Notes: generated by a model not told the origin, from the sequence alone. A stretch of DNA of 63,495 bases, filler included, from Rhabdomonas costata (GCA_019059605.1; 24 parts of 24 records of this genome joined end to end with filler, not necessarily neighbours in it); one strand, 5' to 3'. Positions 37,119 through 49,470 are shown, counted from the whole stretch's first letter. Numbers and translations: made by a program.

Positions 37119-39659
37119 GGTTCGCCCTGAAGCGGCCGGAGGCACATCAACTCCAAGGGGCTTCAAAGTCCGCCCCCAGGGGTGGCGCCCGAACCGACGC
37201 CCAACCAGCGAGGCCAGCGAGTCTCCTGCCAGCAAAAAAAAAGAGTCATTAATAGGCGCGGACACGCAGATGCGAATAGGGGCTGAATTCCGGTTGCTAG
37301 AAAAAAATATACTCAAAGAGAGCATAGATTGATTTTGACTTAATGGCAAGGAGAAGGGCATTGAAGGGGAGGAAAACACGTGTGGTGTGATGAAGATTGT
37401 CACCAAGCATGACAGCCGACCGCATCAGCCGCACAAACTTCAACAGGGTGTCTACCCGTGAGTGTTGAGCGCATCTGGTGTGAGCAGATGCGCTCACACC
37501 AGATTGCAATGCATCTCCTCCCAAAAGAAACACTTTCCTCTTTCCTTCACCAGACGACACCTCATCGCTGCATTCACGCATTGGCAAAAAAAAAAAGGAA
37601 CGGAGAGAATGAAACGCCGCAGTAAGGGACACAGTTCCACGAACGCAGCAGGACACTTAACGCACCGATTCCCAGCACAATGATCCCCGCAAAAGGGCTC
37701 AGGCCACGCGTAGGGCCCTCCACCACGGCCCAGGGCCCGGCTGTCCACCAAGGGCCGCACATAGGCCTCAGCCCACGGCCACCCTGGGACCACCCTCAGG
37801 CACCGGGTCAGCTCCACCACGGCAAGCAGGCACAGCGCCACCATCATTGCCAGAGAGGTGTAGCCCTCCCCGAGAAGCAGCCCAGGGATGAACAGCCCCA
37901 CAGACAGAAAGTGGAGGGGAGCACCTTGTTGGGGGGAAGGGATTGGGCTGCAGGCCCAGTGAGAGTCCTAAGTATACTCTATAGTGGGCAATTTTTCCTT
38001 ATAAAACATGCCCTCCGCATTTGACAGTATGATGGTTGTTTGTACATCTCCGCAAAAAGCAGAGAACTGTTGAGGTGGCATTATGACATAATTTGGTTCC
38101 GGTGTAGCGAATCGTCTTCTTCATGCAACAGTATCCCAAGCGGCAGCGCTAAGACCCTGCGAAGAACTTAAGACCTCGGCCCAAAGCATCCAGGACACTC
38201 ATCAAGAGTATTCTGGAACCCTGCGTTGCCCTCTCCACTGATACCGAGCACCCCACCACTACCACCACCACCAGCACCACTCCACAAGAGCCACCACAAC
38301 GGCATTTGTAAAATCTAGCGCTCATGGGAGAAAATTTTTTTGGACCAAAGAAAGTGGCTTGCTGTCGAAGAGCTGCAACCAGCACTTTAGCACCAAGTCT
38401 GAGGAATCGAGCACCTTCCTCGAGCACCACCCCTTCCCCCAAACAAAGAAGTATATGCGGAATAGCTTCCGGAGGGAAAGCGCGGAGGCCCCGCTCCGGC
38501 TCAGCAGGGGCACCGCGGGGACGCTGCAAAGAAGAAGGCCGAGCCAGTATGGGGCCAGCAAAAATCCCGGGTGGTTCACAAAGCCAACCCGAAGGAGATA
38601 TCGCACCGCAGAGGAATCCACGGGGGAGACCGCGGCGTTCAACAGGGGAAGGACCACGCCAACTCCAAGACACGCGAGGATCCCGTGGAGGAGCAAGGTT
38701 CGGCCCAAAGGGCTCAGCCCAGTTAGCGCGTGCACTGCGCAGACAGCCATCACGCAGTAGCTGGCCGTCGATAAAATAAGAATCTAAAAAACACAGCAAT
38801 GGACAAAAACTAACACAGTGTATTCACAGCCCACCTTAGCGCACTCCTCTTCAAGATGTTCGCTCGTGCAGCCTATGAGTTCCCCGAGTGGCTGGAATTC
38901 AGAGGAATTCTCGCTTTGCAATGAAGTCATTCCAGCAATCGTCACCTTGCACCTTGCACAAATCATGAGTATTAATGAAACTTGCAATGTCGTGAGATAG
39001 AGCACATACTGAATATCTTCTTCATAAGGATTGGGTTCAAGCAGAAACAAAAGACAGACCTTGCAATCATAAAAGGCAAAAACAAAAGCTGAAAAGGGCT
39101 GAAGGCACTTTCAAAGACCCTTCAGGCTGCACGGGGAGGGAGGGGGGTCGAAAACCCGAACACTTTCCCAGACACCTGCTCCAACCTCCGAAAAATCCCG
39201 GTCCCTCTGGATGGGCACCCCAGCACTGACAGCATAGCAACAACGATCATAACTTCTGAGCCCGAAAAGTGGCTCGCAATATAAGCCCTGTAAAACAGAC
39301 CAAAACTCAAACAAACCTCAGTCAGAGGAGAAAACGCAGAAAACGCAATGAGAACGCACACAATGAAAACCACAAAAACAACAAAAGCCACTGCCTCTGT
39401 GCATTTCTCTCACACAGTAAAACACAGGCCACCCATGTGAAGAAACAGGCAATCGTACAACGGAGTATTGAGCGACGGCAAACCTGAAGCGGTGGCGGAC
39501 AAATACCGCCACCACGGACACCAAAGCAGGGGACAGTCCCGATAAGCCAGTCTCTTGGTAGGCCAAGGCAGCCCATAGCGCACCTACCGCAAGCCCGGCG
39601 GCACTCGACACACTCGTCACCGCGTAGACTGCAACGCTCGCAGCAGCCACGGCAGCCAT
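37119..39659 (-). CDS. DOLK: Dolichol kinase-like (Sec59/CTP_transf_1) gene, 3'-truncated, with one non-canonical intron and an apparent internal deletion/frameshift
   Basis: Multi-TM protein with FSGSEVMIV, LRKLFH-FLSVGLFIPG, VELTR, PLVDSR, PFAGIIVLGIG-DSLASLVGRRFGRHPW. Exons ~39659-39484, 39288-39176, 38783-38459, 37912-37666, 37225-37119. Confidence 0.85.
37913..38458 (-). other. Nonconventional (non-AG) intron with base-paired ends, 546 nt
   Basis: Joining ...CTATTCC|ACTTTCTG... restores RKLFHFL. The intron reads GCATAT...CCCCTCC. TTGTTTGGGGGAAGGG near the 5' end is complementary (15/16) to CCCTTCCCCCCAACAA near the 3' end. Confidence 0.8.
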
Positions 39660-39923
39660 TGAGGAAGNNNNNNNNNNNNNNNNNNNNNNNNNNNNNNNNN
39701 NNNNNNNNNNNTTAATTAATTAANNNNNNNNNNNNNNNNNNNNNNNNNNNNNNNNNNNNNNNNNNNNGTGTTTTTGTTTTGTTCAAATCTTGTATCTTAC
39801 AGAATTAGAACGTGTCTGGTTTCGATACTTAAAGGATAGGCGTGTTTCAATTTTTGATAGCTTTTTGCTGACTTGGCTAACATACTCCCCGAAGATGGTG
39901 CTTTTCTCCTTGCACCCTTCCAG

Positions 39924-41976
39924 AATCGCTTGCACGGAATTCTATTGGCATTGCGATGTCTGGCGGTGGTGCTGTGGGTTCACCCGAATATATATAGCAT
40001 TCATTTAAGATTCGCCTGCAGCGTTGAGGAGCAAGAAAATTTGAAAGCAAGGTTCACCCAAAGCCCAGTGGCGGGCCAACCTGTGCTCCCCTCTGAAATA
40101 TCCCATGCCCCACGCTTAACCGCACCTTGGAGTGCGTCTTCTGCTTGACCCTGGTAATTCCTCCTCACCCCTCCTGCATGCGGACGAAATGCGGCTGCAT
40201 TGGAGCTCGCTGTATGTAATGGTCTTCGGTCCGCCTGGTCTTTTTTGCACTCCTTTTGTGGGTACCCGACGCACCTCTACTTTTTCCCTCTTTGTCCTCT
40301 TTTTGTTCACGGAAGGAGCAGGTGACGTTCGAAAACTGAAAAGAGCCACCCAACCAATCGTTCATGTGGGATGAAAATCGCCTTCCCCATGGTTGACCAA
40401 CTTACGGTTCAACATATGGGGAGTGCCGGAAACTCTTTTTCAATTGCACTACACAGGTAGTGGTTGAGAGGAAAAACGGAAAAAAAAACTTGTGCAATTG
40501 CGGATGCACAGATCTTGGCCGCCGAGTTCGAGCAGGAGCCCGCTCCGGTGGCGCTAATCAGCCACACTGCGAAGGGGATGGCCAATTTAATAGGTATTGC
40601 CAAGTGCACTGCTCCTGCCCCGCATGTCTGTGTGCAGCAGGATGGGTATGTGGTACGTCTCTCTCTTGGCATTGATGGCAGCCTGGTCAATAGTTGCTGA
40701 AGGCGTTGTTCTTGTGGTCCTTGACAATGAATATCCACGCAATTCTGCAACTCAAATCCGGGAACCTGGACTGCACTCTGGACGGCACCTCTAACAGCCG
40801 GATCTCCTCCATAATCCCCCTCCCCAACTGAGCCCACTGAGCATGACTGCGTTCTGTTCCTCTTGCTGTCGCAGGCGACTTCGTTGACCTGTGTGAGGCC
40901 ACGCAAGGTCAACTGAAGATTGCCCGTCGGGCCTTCACCCTGGCCGGGCTGCTACGCGAGCTGCACCACACCTTCGCTGCGGAGGCGGGGAGGATGGGGG
41001 TGCGGCTGGAGCTGGTGACCTCGGAGGAGCTTGTGCCGAGTGTTTTGCTGCTTGGGGACCGGTGTCGGCTTCGGCAGGTGAGGTTTGGAGGGGAGTTTGG
41101 GCACAAGGAAAGGTTCATGAGAAGCGTTACCCTTACGCTTTGCGCTGAACTCCTCCATGCCTTGAACTCAAGCGTGTGGCGTTTATTACGATGGCAACAT
41201 TCCTTCCTGGTGTTGGCCTGTTCTTGCTGCATGGTTTTGCCGCAGGTTCTGGTGAATTTGGTCGTGAACTCCCTGCAGGCGATGCCGGAGGACCTCCCTG
41301 CGGCGCGGCGGTGGGTGAGTGTGCGGGCCAGTGTTGGAGCGCGGCCCGGCACGGTGCAGTTCACGGTTTCGGACGGGGGCGTGGGGATCCCTGCGCGGGC
41401 CCAGGCGGGGCTGTTTGTGCCGTTCCACCAGTGCGCCAGCTCTTCGGGGGTGCGGCAGCGGAACTGTTCAGGGCAGAGCTGTGGGTTTGGGCTTGGGCTG
41501 GCGATCTGCTCCGCCCTGGTGCAGAGGATGGGGTATGGGTCTGTGTGCCCAGGTGGAGCAAGTAGACGTGATGCGTTACCCTGTGGTGCGGATTTCGAGT
41601 GTTCCTTTTTCTTCTTCTGGCATTTCTGGGAAGTTTTGCTGCTATTTTTTACGAAAGGTTTTCCGAGGTGCCGGCAGCCCGGGGTACACTCGTGCTATTC
41701 GTTGTCCATGAGAATGTTTGTGATACTCTGGTACGGGGATTGTCGAATGCATACACTGGTTTGCCTTCCTTTATAACAATCCGTAAATCCGTCTACTTGA
41801 TGGGCACTTCTCTGAATGGGTGAACGGGAGCACCCCCCAAAATACGAACTGTCTTGGCATACCTAAATCTCCCGATTGTCCTTGCTACTCTAACCTGCAG
41901 GGGTGAGATCAGCTTGCAGAGCGTCCCTGGCGAGGGCACCACCGTAACCTTCTGCCTGCCTCTGGCGGAGCACCGG
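39924..41976 (+). CDS. Histidine kinase fragment (HisKA end + HATPase_c); exons ~39924-39965, 40512-40593, 40875-41077, 41246-41532, 41901-~41976
   Basis: NRLHGIL, MANLIGDFVDL, GDRCRLRQVLVNLVVNS (N box), VSDGGVGI (G1), LFVPFHQ (F), GFGLGLAIC (G2) and MGGEISLQSVPGEGTTVTF. The first exon is the least certain. Confidence 0.93.
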
Positions 41977-42421
41977 GCAAACGGGTGTGTGAGCGATGGC
42001 GCGGAGGATTTGGCTTGCAGTGTCAGCGTCGCCAATCGCGCACCTTTCTATTTTGCAGAAAATACGAAGCTCTCCCCAGCGAAATGTCTGCCCGGTGAGA
42101 GAACCCCTCTCGGAATCCACGTGATGTGACCAAAGACTTAATTTCCTTTTAGCACTGATACTTGCACTTACAAGAATCTAGAAGAAATGAGATGTTAGGA
42201 AAATGGGGTCGCTGCCGATGTGCCAGCACATAAGGTCGTCTTTTGCCAGGACAGCACAGGATGACCACAGCACAGGCAGTTATGGTGCAAGCGGAGACAG
42301 GAGAGCCACANNNNNNNNNNNNNNNNNNNNNNNNNNNNNNNNNNNNNNNNNNNNTTAATTAATTAANNNNNNNNNNNNNNNNNNNNNNNNNNNNNNNNNN
42401 NNNNNNNNNNGTTTTGGTGTT

Positions 42422-44834
42422 TTATCGGATCAAGGCAGAGGAGCGGAACCCGTCGAGGTCACGGCAGTCCCCCCCGCTGTACTGCCGCAGCAACGCCGTG
42501 AGGGCGCGGTTGGAGCGTGCTGCGCGGGCCTCGTCCGCGCTGTGCAACTGGGCGTAGTAGGCTTCCAGCTGCTGCAGGTGACCCTCACGGAGCTCCCGAC
42601 GCAGCTGCTCCAGGGCCTACCCAACCGCACGGAACACCCTCCACCCACAAGCCACATCGCACTGTATAAAATTGGATGATACTGCATTGAAGGCGCAAAA
42701 AAATAAAGTGCGTCCATCACCACCATAGGTCCCAAGTCCTGTGCAATACACAACGGCTCACGAGACCAATGCTGCAGCGATCCATGCGTCATGAGCGTTG
42801 TGTCCGACGCAATAAACTTAACACTGTTAACCCCCATCGCACTGAAAGCCGAACAAAATTATCCGTTCCGGAGTTTGAAATGGTGGTGGGCACCCTGATG
42901 CACGGGTCTGGTTTCGGTGTGACGGGGCAACGACACACACGGATCCACGCAGCCGCCGTTAACGCCTCCCATGGCGCACCTCCCAGCAACTTTCTCAGCC
43001 CATCAGCGGCCTCTCCTTCTCCCAAGGCGTTGGTTATTGTTCTTTTGAAGAACTCTCCAGCGGCGAGGCACAAAGGAAGGGGGGGGGGTTCGCTTCCCTC
43101 CCTCCATTTTCTTTAAAACCCAGGGGGCCCCCAGAAATGCACAAAAGTTTTTCAAGGGTTCAACGCTCATCAACACCCACGCTAGCAGCTCTTAAGAACA
43201 TAATAAACTGTGCCATTTCGAATGAAACGTCTTGCACTGATTCGGTCCATTCCGACTTTCCAGGAAACAAAGCAAAATATCACCCAGTTTTAAAGCACGT
43301 TTTGTATTTTTTCTTCATGAAATCACAATAAAAGAATCAGCAGAACACAACAAATGATATTGTTGTTGGGGTTGAGCGGTAGGTTATGTTGGGTTCGTGG
43401 GCGAACCAGGTGCTGCTCCCGCTTCTGGGTCCTTCGGCACTGCTGCAAGTGTTTCACCTCGTCCATCAGAAGCTTGTGCTGAGAGAGGAAGTACTCCTGC
43501 AGGGCCTGAGTCTGCAGCTCCTGTTGCGCGGCGGCCTGAGAGAAGAATGTATGGTTTGAAACAGGGACTCAGAGGGAGAGAAAGGAATTGCGAGCGGGGT
43601 CATGCCTTCCTTTTGGAACTGAGAGTGAGCGGTGCGTGCACTTGTTCCAAAAAGATACAAAAGGCCTTCAGGCACCTGTCAACGCAAAAGGGGATCACCA
43701 GCGAGCATATATAGTTTTCATTCACTATTCGTGAAGGTGTGCATGTTTCTCTCTTTCACTCGAGTGAAACCACACGAGTGGTGAAGGCTTCAGCATTCAT
43801 TTCCAAGCCACGAAGTTCAAACCGCCCCAACTTGCCCATGGTTCCGAATGCCTGAAGACCCCACACTGTTGGATTTTTCAACAACGCAGCAACAACAGCA
43901 GATCTGCTGCAATAAAGCCACCACCAGGAGACATCTACCCCTTCAAAAGAGTTCGAAGGAGGTTCAGAGGTTCAAAGGTGGGCACCTCCCCACTCAACAG
44001 GGCACGTGGTACTCAAAGTGTTCCCACGGGGTCATTTGTGTGGGAGAGACTTGTTATGGTCAAGTGAGTCCCGTAGGCCTAGAGTGAACAGCGTATACAG
44101 TTTGCTCTGCTGGACAAGAACCATTGGACAGCAGACTAGAATAGTTTCCGGTTTGGAAACAGCCACAGGGACGGGCTAAGGCAAGGAGTAGAATAGCGCA
44201 TGGGGGAGAACACAGATGGGATTGGGTATGACATTCAGCACCTCTTGGTGCTGTTCGCGAAGGCGAGCCTTCTCGTCAACCACACGCTGGCGCTCACGCT
44301 TCAGCAGCACCCGCACCCTGCGCCAAATGCGCCAACTCATTCATACCTCCACAACGCAGGCTCCTCATTAGGCCCAAGCAAATACACCGCGGTCGGCAAA
44401 AAAATGAATAAAAATGACTTCAGGGAATTAACATACTATGGAAAGCATCCACTGTGGGTTGACAGTGAAGGATTATAGGAGTGCAGCCTGTACATGCGTT
44501 TTTTAATAGAACTACTTTGACAGATGGAAAGAAACCTCAATGGCGCATTAAGCCGCGGGACTTCGGAACCTTTTTGGATACTTATCTGTTGCTCTCTATG
44601 GCCTTCGCAGATCTGGTCAGAATTTGTTGCTTCTTGGGCTCGGCCTGCAAGGTTCGGCCTCCGCGAGGTTGGCCTCTGCCACACGGATGCACGCACATAC
44701 AGTTTCACTGAGGTATTCTCCTGGGTGCTGCGGGGGTTGGCGAGAAAGGACCGGGCGAGCTGCTGGTGGGACTCTAGCACCCGTCGGGTGCGAAGCATCT
44801 CTCTCTTGGCATCCCCAATGACCGCGTAGTAGCC
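42422..44834 (-). CDS. Coiled-coil protein, 3' exons (~44834-44701, 44317-44242, 42617-42422)
   Basis: Phase-consistent GT-AG splicing: GYYAVIGDAKREML...SVKL-VRVLLKRERQRVVDEKARLREQHQE-ALEQLRRELREGHLQQLEAYY... Confidence 0.65.
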
Positions 44835-46830
44835 CTGCAGCAATAATCAGACAGCGGAAGTAAGAGGGAGCGAAGGGAGCAGGTGCCATAACTGGACAGT
44901 GCACAGTGGAGCACATATGTGATTTGATGCGCGGTGGTTCATTGAGGCAGACAAAAAACNNNNNNNNNNNNNNNNNNNNNNNNNNNNNNNNNNNNNNNNN
45001 NNNTTAATTAATTAANNNNNNNNNNNNNNNNNNNNNNNNNNNNNNNNNNNNNNNNNNNNTGGGGAGGGGTGGGGTGGGGAATGCTGCGGTGGTGACGAGA
45101 GAGGTGAGCTGTGCGCTGGGACGGCAGGAGGGCGCCTGACACAGCGTTGGTGGGAGAGCGTTGAAACCCTTTTACACGTTGCAAACGGTGTCAGCGTGGT
45201 CGTCTTCGATTTGCGCCGGAGGTTCGCAGCCTCACGTCTGGCGTACTCGAGGTGAGCGCAGCGGGATCCCCAAGGTATGGTGGGGTGTGCTGCAAATCTA
45301 AACCTATGATATCATAACGGAAAAGTGAAAATACGTTCTCTCCTCCGGTTCCCGTTGCTATTTTGCGAAAACATTGCACACACAACCACAACCACACATC
45401 CCCACGCGTACCCCAGGAGGACTGTTGCCCATGGGTTTCGCAACAATACGGAAGAGGGGCAAAAGGCTTAAGAACAGGACAAGCCCTGAAGAAGAATGAC
45501 TCATCCTACACCCAGGCACACACAGAAAGAGGGAATTGCGCTCACAAACACAAAGCAGCCACCTAGCCTCCCCTCGCACTCTCCCCCGATTTACAATGTG
45601 ATGAAACCCTCATCACTCAAAAATCCTCTGTGGCAGGCTTCTCTTCATACGTCTTCAGGGACCCGTTTATTTGGATTTCTAGAGCCTAGTAGTCCCGCGC
45701 TTTTATTGCAGCAACAAAGCGCGAGACTTCCCCAATGCCCTGAAACATAAGCACGTCTTAAAGCTGCACCGCTGCTGTAACAAACGCTGGACACAGTCCT
45801 TTAGTGCACGAATAAATTCCTTTGAACCGGGATTCACACAGTCAAAAAGGGAGCCCCGAGATAGATAAGAGCAACGTGTCAGCTGTCCAGAGAGGACAGC
45901 CCTGACAGCCCTCTGGTAACTCTTCGCCTGCCTACAGCCCTGTGCCAGTAGAAAGCCCTCAGTGCGCACGGAGCTTACCACGCAAGTTCGTTCCATATCG
46001 GGAGCCTCTCTGCCTCGGCAGCATCATGAATTCAGAAGAGCCTCTTGTATCAGTACTGGTAGAATGCCCCGATACGCTGGCCGGAAAATCACACTATACC
46101 CCTGCGACCCCCTTCCTCTTGAACCCCAAGAAAGCGGTGGAGAGAAACGGTCGAACCTTCGATGTCCTGCACGAGGCTGACCTTCAACAGAGAAAAACGC
46201 TCAGAGGCGCACATGGATACAGCTCGAACTAAAAACCCACCCCAAACGTCCAAACGCTGCAAAGCGCTGCGCAGGAGAGAGAGGACACAAATCACCAAAC
46301 CCACTCGTGCATACAGTAAGCTCTAACTCTTACAACAGAAAAAGATAAAGAGAGGGAAACACAATCGAATTGTGGATAAGGAGGGTCTGGGGGCCCAAGT
46401 GCAATGCCTCGAAAAACCCCACAGCCCTGAGGTTTGGGAGAAAGATTCATAAGGAGATTAACCCCCCGGTGGCTTCAGCTCAGATCCCCTGGCGGAGGAG
46501 GAGCCAACACAGAACAAGGGGCGGGCAAAGCCTGAAAAAGAAAACACACGGTACAGATCGGATCTAACGGTAAATGGCGGGCGTGAAAGCCCCAACCCAC
46601 CACCCACCCAGCGTGTGCTTCGACAAGCCATGGCGAGAAGGGAGACGCAGGCTCCCCCGAACATCGTCACAGTGCACCACAAAAAGCTGAAGCACCAAAA
46701 CAAAGCGCAGATCATAGAAGCGCAAACAAAAAGGGAAACACAAGCAGAACACACACCACACACATGCACATGCATACCACCGGTGCGGAGCGAGCCCCAC
46801 ACTATGGAGCCGCACTTCAAAGGGGAACTC

Positions 46831-47440
46831 TCAGGCGTTGCCGAACAGGCCATCGGAGCCGTAGTACGAGGGCGGAGCATAGCCTGGGGCTGGGCCGGCG
46901 TTGGGGTCTGAGGAGTAGCCGTAGTAGGCCCCCTTGCCGTACGCGGCGCCGGGAGCGGCGCCGTTGGGCTGCACACCATCCCACATCCAAAAACACAGAG
47001 GGTGCTCACTCAAGGGCTTTTGCACAACGCCAACCGCAGCACTCCACCTTCTCTGTGTGTGTTTGTGTGTGTGGGGGGGTGTTGTCCTCGAGCACGTGGA
47101 AATGCATTCAGAGAAACCGTCCGATCTGGTTCCACGCGACTCCATCGCCAGTCCCCCTCCACAAATCGGAATACTTCTTTGTTTGAAAGCGAAGCCATCT
47201 AGATTATTCTGAACCAACTGTAGTGAAAAAAACCAACAACAGAGAGGAAAGGGACCGTGCAGGCAGAGCACTTGCATAACCATAAATAAAGGAGCGTGTG
47301 GCGGACACCTGGTAGAAGCTGTCGAATCGCATCGAGCGGTTCCACTCGTTGCGGCCGCTGTACCACTCCCGAATGGAGGGCGAGAATTTGGCCCCCCACA
47401 CCGAGGTCGCCGGCTCAAGCTCACTGCGGGGGCCCCACAT
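46831..47440 (-). CDS. Small Gly/Tyr/Pro-rich protein (89 aa if the ATG is the true start); exons 47440-47309, 46968-46831
   Basis: cgcag|ATG; MWGPRSELEPATSVWGAKFSPSIREWYSGRNEWNRSMRFDSFYQ-PNGAAPGAAYGKGAYYGYSS...GLFGNA*. GC-rich third codon positions. Confidence 0.7.
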
Positions 47441-48324
47441 CTGCGAGGGAAAAGCGGACAGCCTCTCTTGGGGAAAAAAGCATAAGGAGCTTCTATGTTG
47501 GCTCATCGGCGGCGACAGTGCTTGAACAACGGGCACACCTGAGCAGCCAGCCTAACATTAACACTGCTGAGATATCCTTTCTGCTGACATCTCCCTCGAA
47601 CAACCACANNNNNNNNNNNNNNNNNNNNNNNNNNNNNNNNNNNNNNNNNNNNTTAATTAATTAANNNNNNNNNNNNNNNNNNNNNNNNNNNNNNNNNNNN
47701 NNNNNNNNTGGTGGTTTCTATTTACTTCATTTTTGTTAATGCGTGCTGTCCGCCTTGGATAAACCGCATTGGAGCTTGGTTGATGCTTATATTTGCGTGC
47801 TAAACGAATTTGGAGTGCAGTAGCGAACGCAGCTTTTGGTTTCGTTTCGGTTTACTTTCGTGTTCCGAGATCTTCTAGTGAACCTGGATAGAGCAAGGGG
47901 ACAACGAATGAGCATTTTAAAAGCATCGGAAAGCAGATGGTCTTGCGTGAGCAGGAAAACGGCAAGCGGGAGGGCAGGTCCTAACGTCTGGGCGGAGCTG
48001 GTGTATTGGAGCCTCTTGCGCTGCGGAGTCCCAAGTCGAGCCCCAGTCGGGGCCGAGTCGAAGGTAAAATTCCAAGGCAAACGTCGATTTAGCGCCGAAA
48101 CCAAAGTATCCTTCTTGTTTTAGCAAAAGGGTATTACTCCGAGATTCGCGCGAACAGAAAGCCGAGGCTCTCTCTCACTGTTACTATCATCACAAGCACA
48201 TCACACATTGAAGGAATGAAATAGCCACCTGCATGCCCATCCACCATCTCTTCCCGGTCCGTTGGTCTGACGCTTGACACACCCCTGTCGGCATTCAGAG
48301 GCTTTCGCTTTTTCCTTACTTGGA

Positions 48325-49470
48325 ATGGGAACATGCCACTGCCACTGTTGTCCTCGCCTTGCCTGCGTTGATTTCTTCTACCGTCGCTTCAAAAACCGCA
48401 TCTCACCTCACCGCGTGGACAAGGTGACCCTCCGCCTTCCCCCAGAGTTACTTCCTCACCGGAATACCACCTCACTTTACGCCCCAATATCCAGCGAAGT
48501 CTTTTCTTCCCAAGTGGTGTATGAGGTCGACCCGGAAGGGACCATCACCTACATGAAGGTCGACGGTCAAGAGGTGACTCCCCCGCACACTCCCTTGTGG
48601 GCCATCATGATGCCCGCGCTGCACCCATTCTACAAGTCACTACACCGCAACGTGTGCTCGGGAGTGGTGCAGCATTCGATCAGCTTTCGGTGGTTCTGCG
48701 ACACCCCCAGCTCGCGGACGGAGATGGTGATGGTTGTGGAGCGGATCCCGACCGGCGCGAAGTACTACTCCTGCACATTGAGTTCCACCCCCCATGACGC
48801 ATCGTTTATGTCCCGAATGCATTTCACGGATGACAGCTCGCTGTCGCCGTGGACGCAGTGCTGCCAGTGCCTGCGGCTGAAGGACAAGGAGGCCTGGCTG
48901 ACCCCCGGGGAGTTCTACCAGGCTCACCTGGAGGAGCTTCAGTGCCGCTGCCCAGTGTCCCACACCATATGCCCGGAGTGTGTGTCTCAGTATTGCGGGC
49001 AGAGCGAGCAGATGCGCACCATTCTGCGCGAAGCCAATGTATCTCTCGTGGATCCCGAAGTCGTATGCTCCGCCCTTGTAGTAGACGACGACGCGGTCTC
49101 CGCACGCGTTGTTGCCGCCCTGTTGACCTCCTTGCATTGCTCGGTGGAGGTGGAGACCTCCCCCCTGCAGGCGATGAAGATGCTGACCTCTCAGGCGGCG
49201 TGCAGCTCGTTTGACCTCCTGGTGGTGGACAACGTGATGCCCGAGGTGAGTGGGGCGGAGCTGATCCGCACCCTTCGTGCGGTTCATCACCCCGCGTTCA
49301 TCATTGGAGTCTCGGGGAGTGCGAGTGCGATGAATGAGATGACCACGGCGGGAGCCGATCACTTTCTGTGGAAGCCGGTTCGCATTGCGGTGCTGTCTGA
49401 GGTGCTGAAGACGGCGCTGCCTCAGCTGCCTCGCAGCAGAAGTCCGGGGAGTGCTGATTCGCTCCTGTAA
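48325..49470 (+). CDS. Intronless response regulator: Cys-rich N-terminus, PAS-like domain, CxxC...SHxICPxC module and C-terminal receiver (REC) domain
   Basis: REC motifs ALVVDDD, LLVVDNVMPEVSG (phospho-Asp), IIGVSG and GADHFLWKP. Zinc-like module QCCQCLR...W...SHTICPEC. Confidence 0.9.
   Translation: MGTCHCHCCPRLACVDFFYRRFKNRISPHRVDKVTLRLPPELLPHRNTTSLYAPISSEVFSSQVVYEVDPEGTITYMKVDGQEVTPPHTPLWAIMMPALHPFYKSLHRNVCSGVVQHSISFRWFCDTPSSRTEMVMVVERIPTGAKYYSCTLSSTPHDASFMSRMHFTDDSSLSPWTQCCQCLRLKDKEAWLTPGEFYQAHLEELQCRCPVSHTICPECVSQYCGQSEQMRTILREANVSLVDPEVVCSALVVDDDAVSARVVAALLTSLHCSVEVETSPLQAMKMLTSQAACSSFDLLVVDNVMPEVSGAELIRTLRAVHHPAFIIGVSGSASAMNEMTTAGADHFLWKPVRIAVLSEVLKTALPQLPRSRSPGSADSLL

Noticed and set aside
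39924-49470. Histidine kinase and response regulator as a linked system
   Set aside because: They lie on different contigs separated by linkers, so their proximity is artificial.
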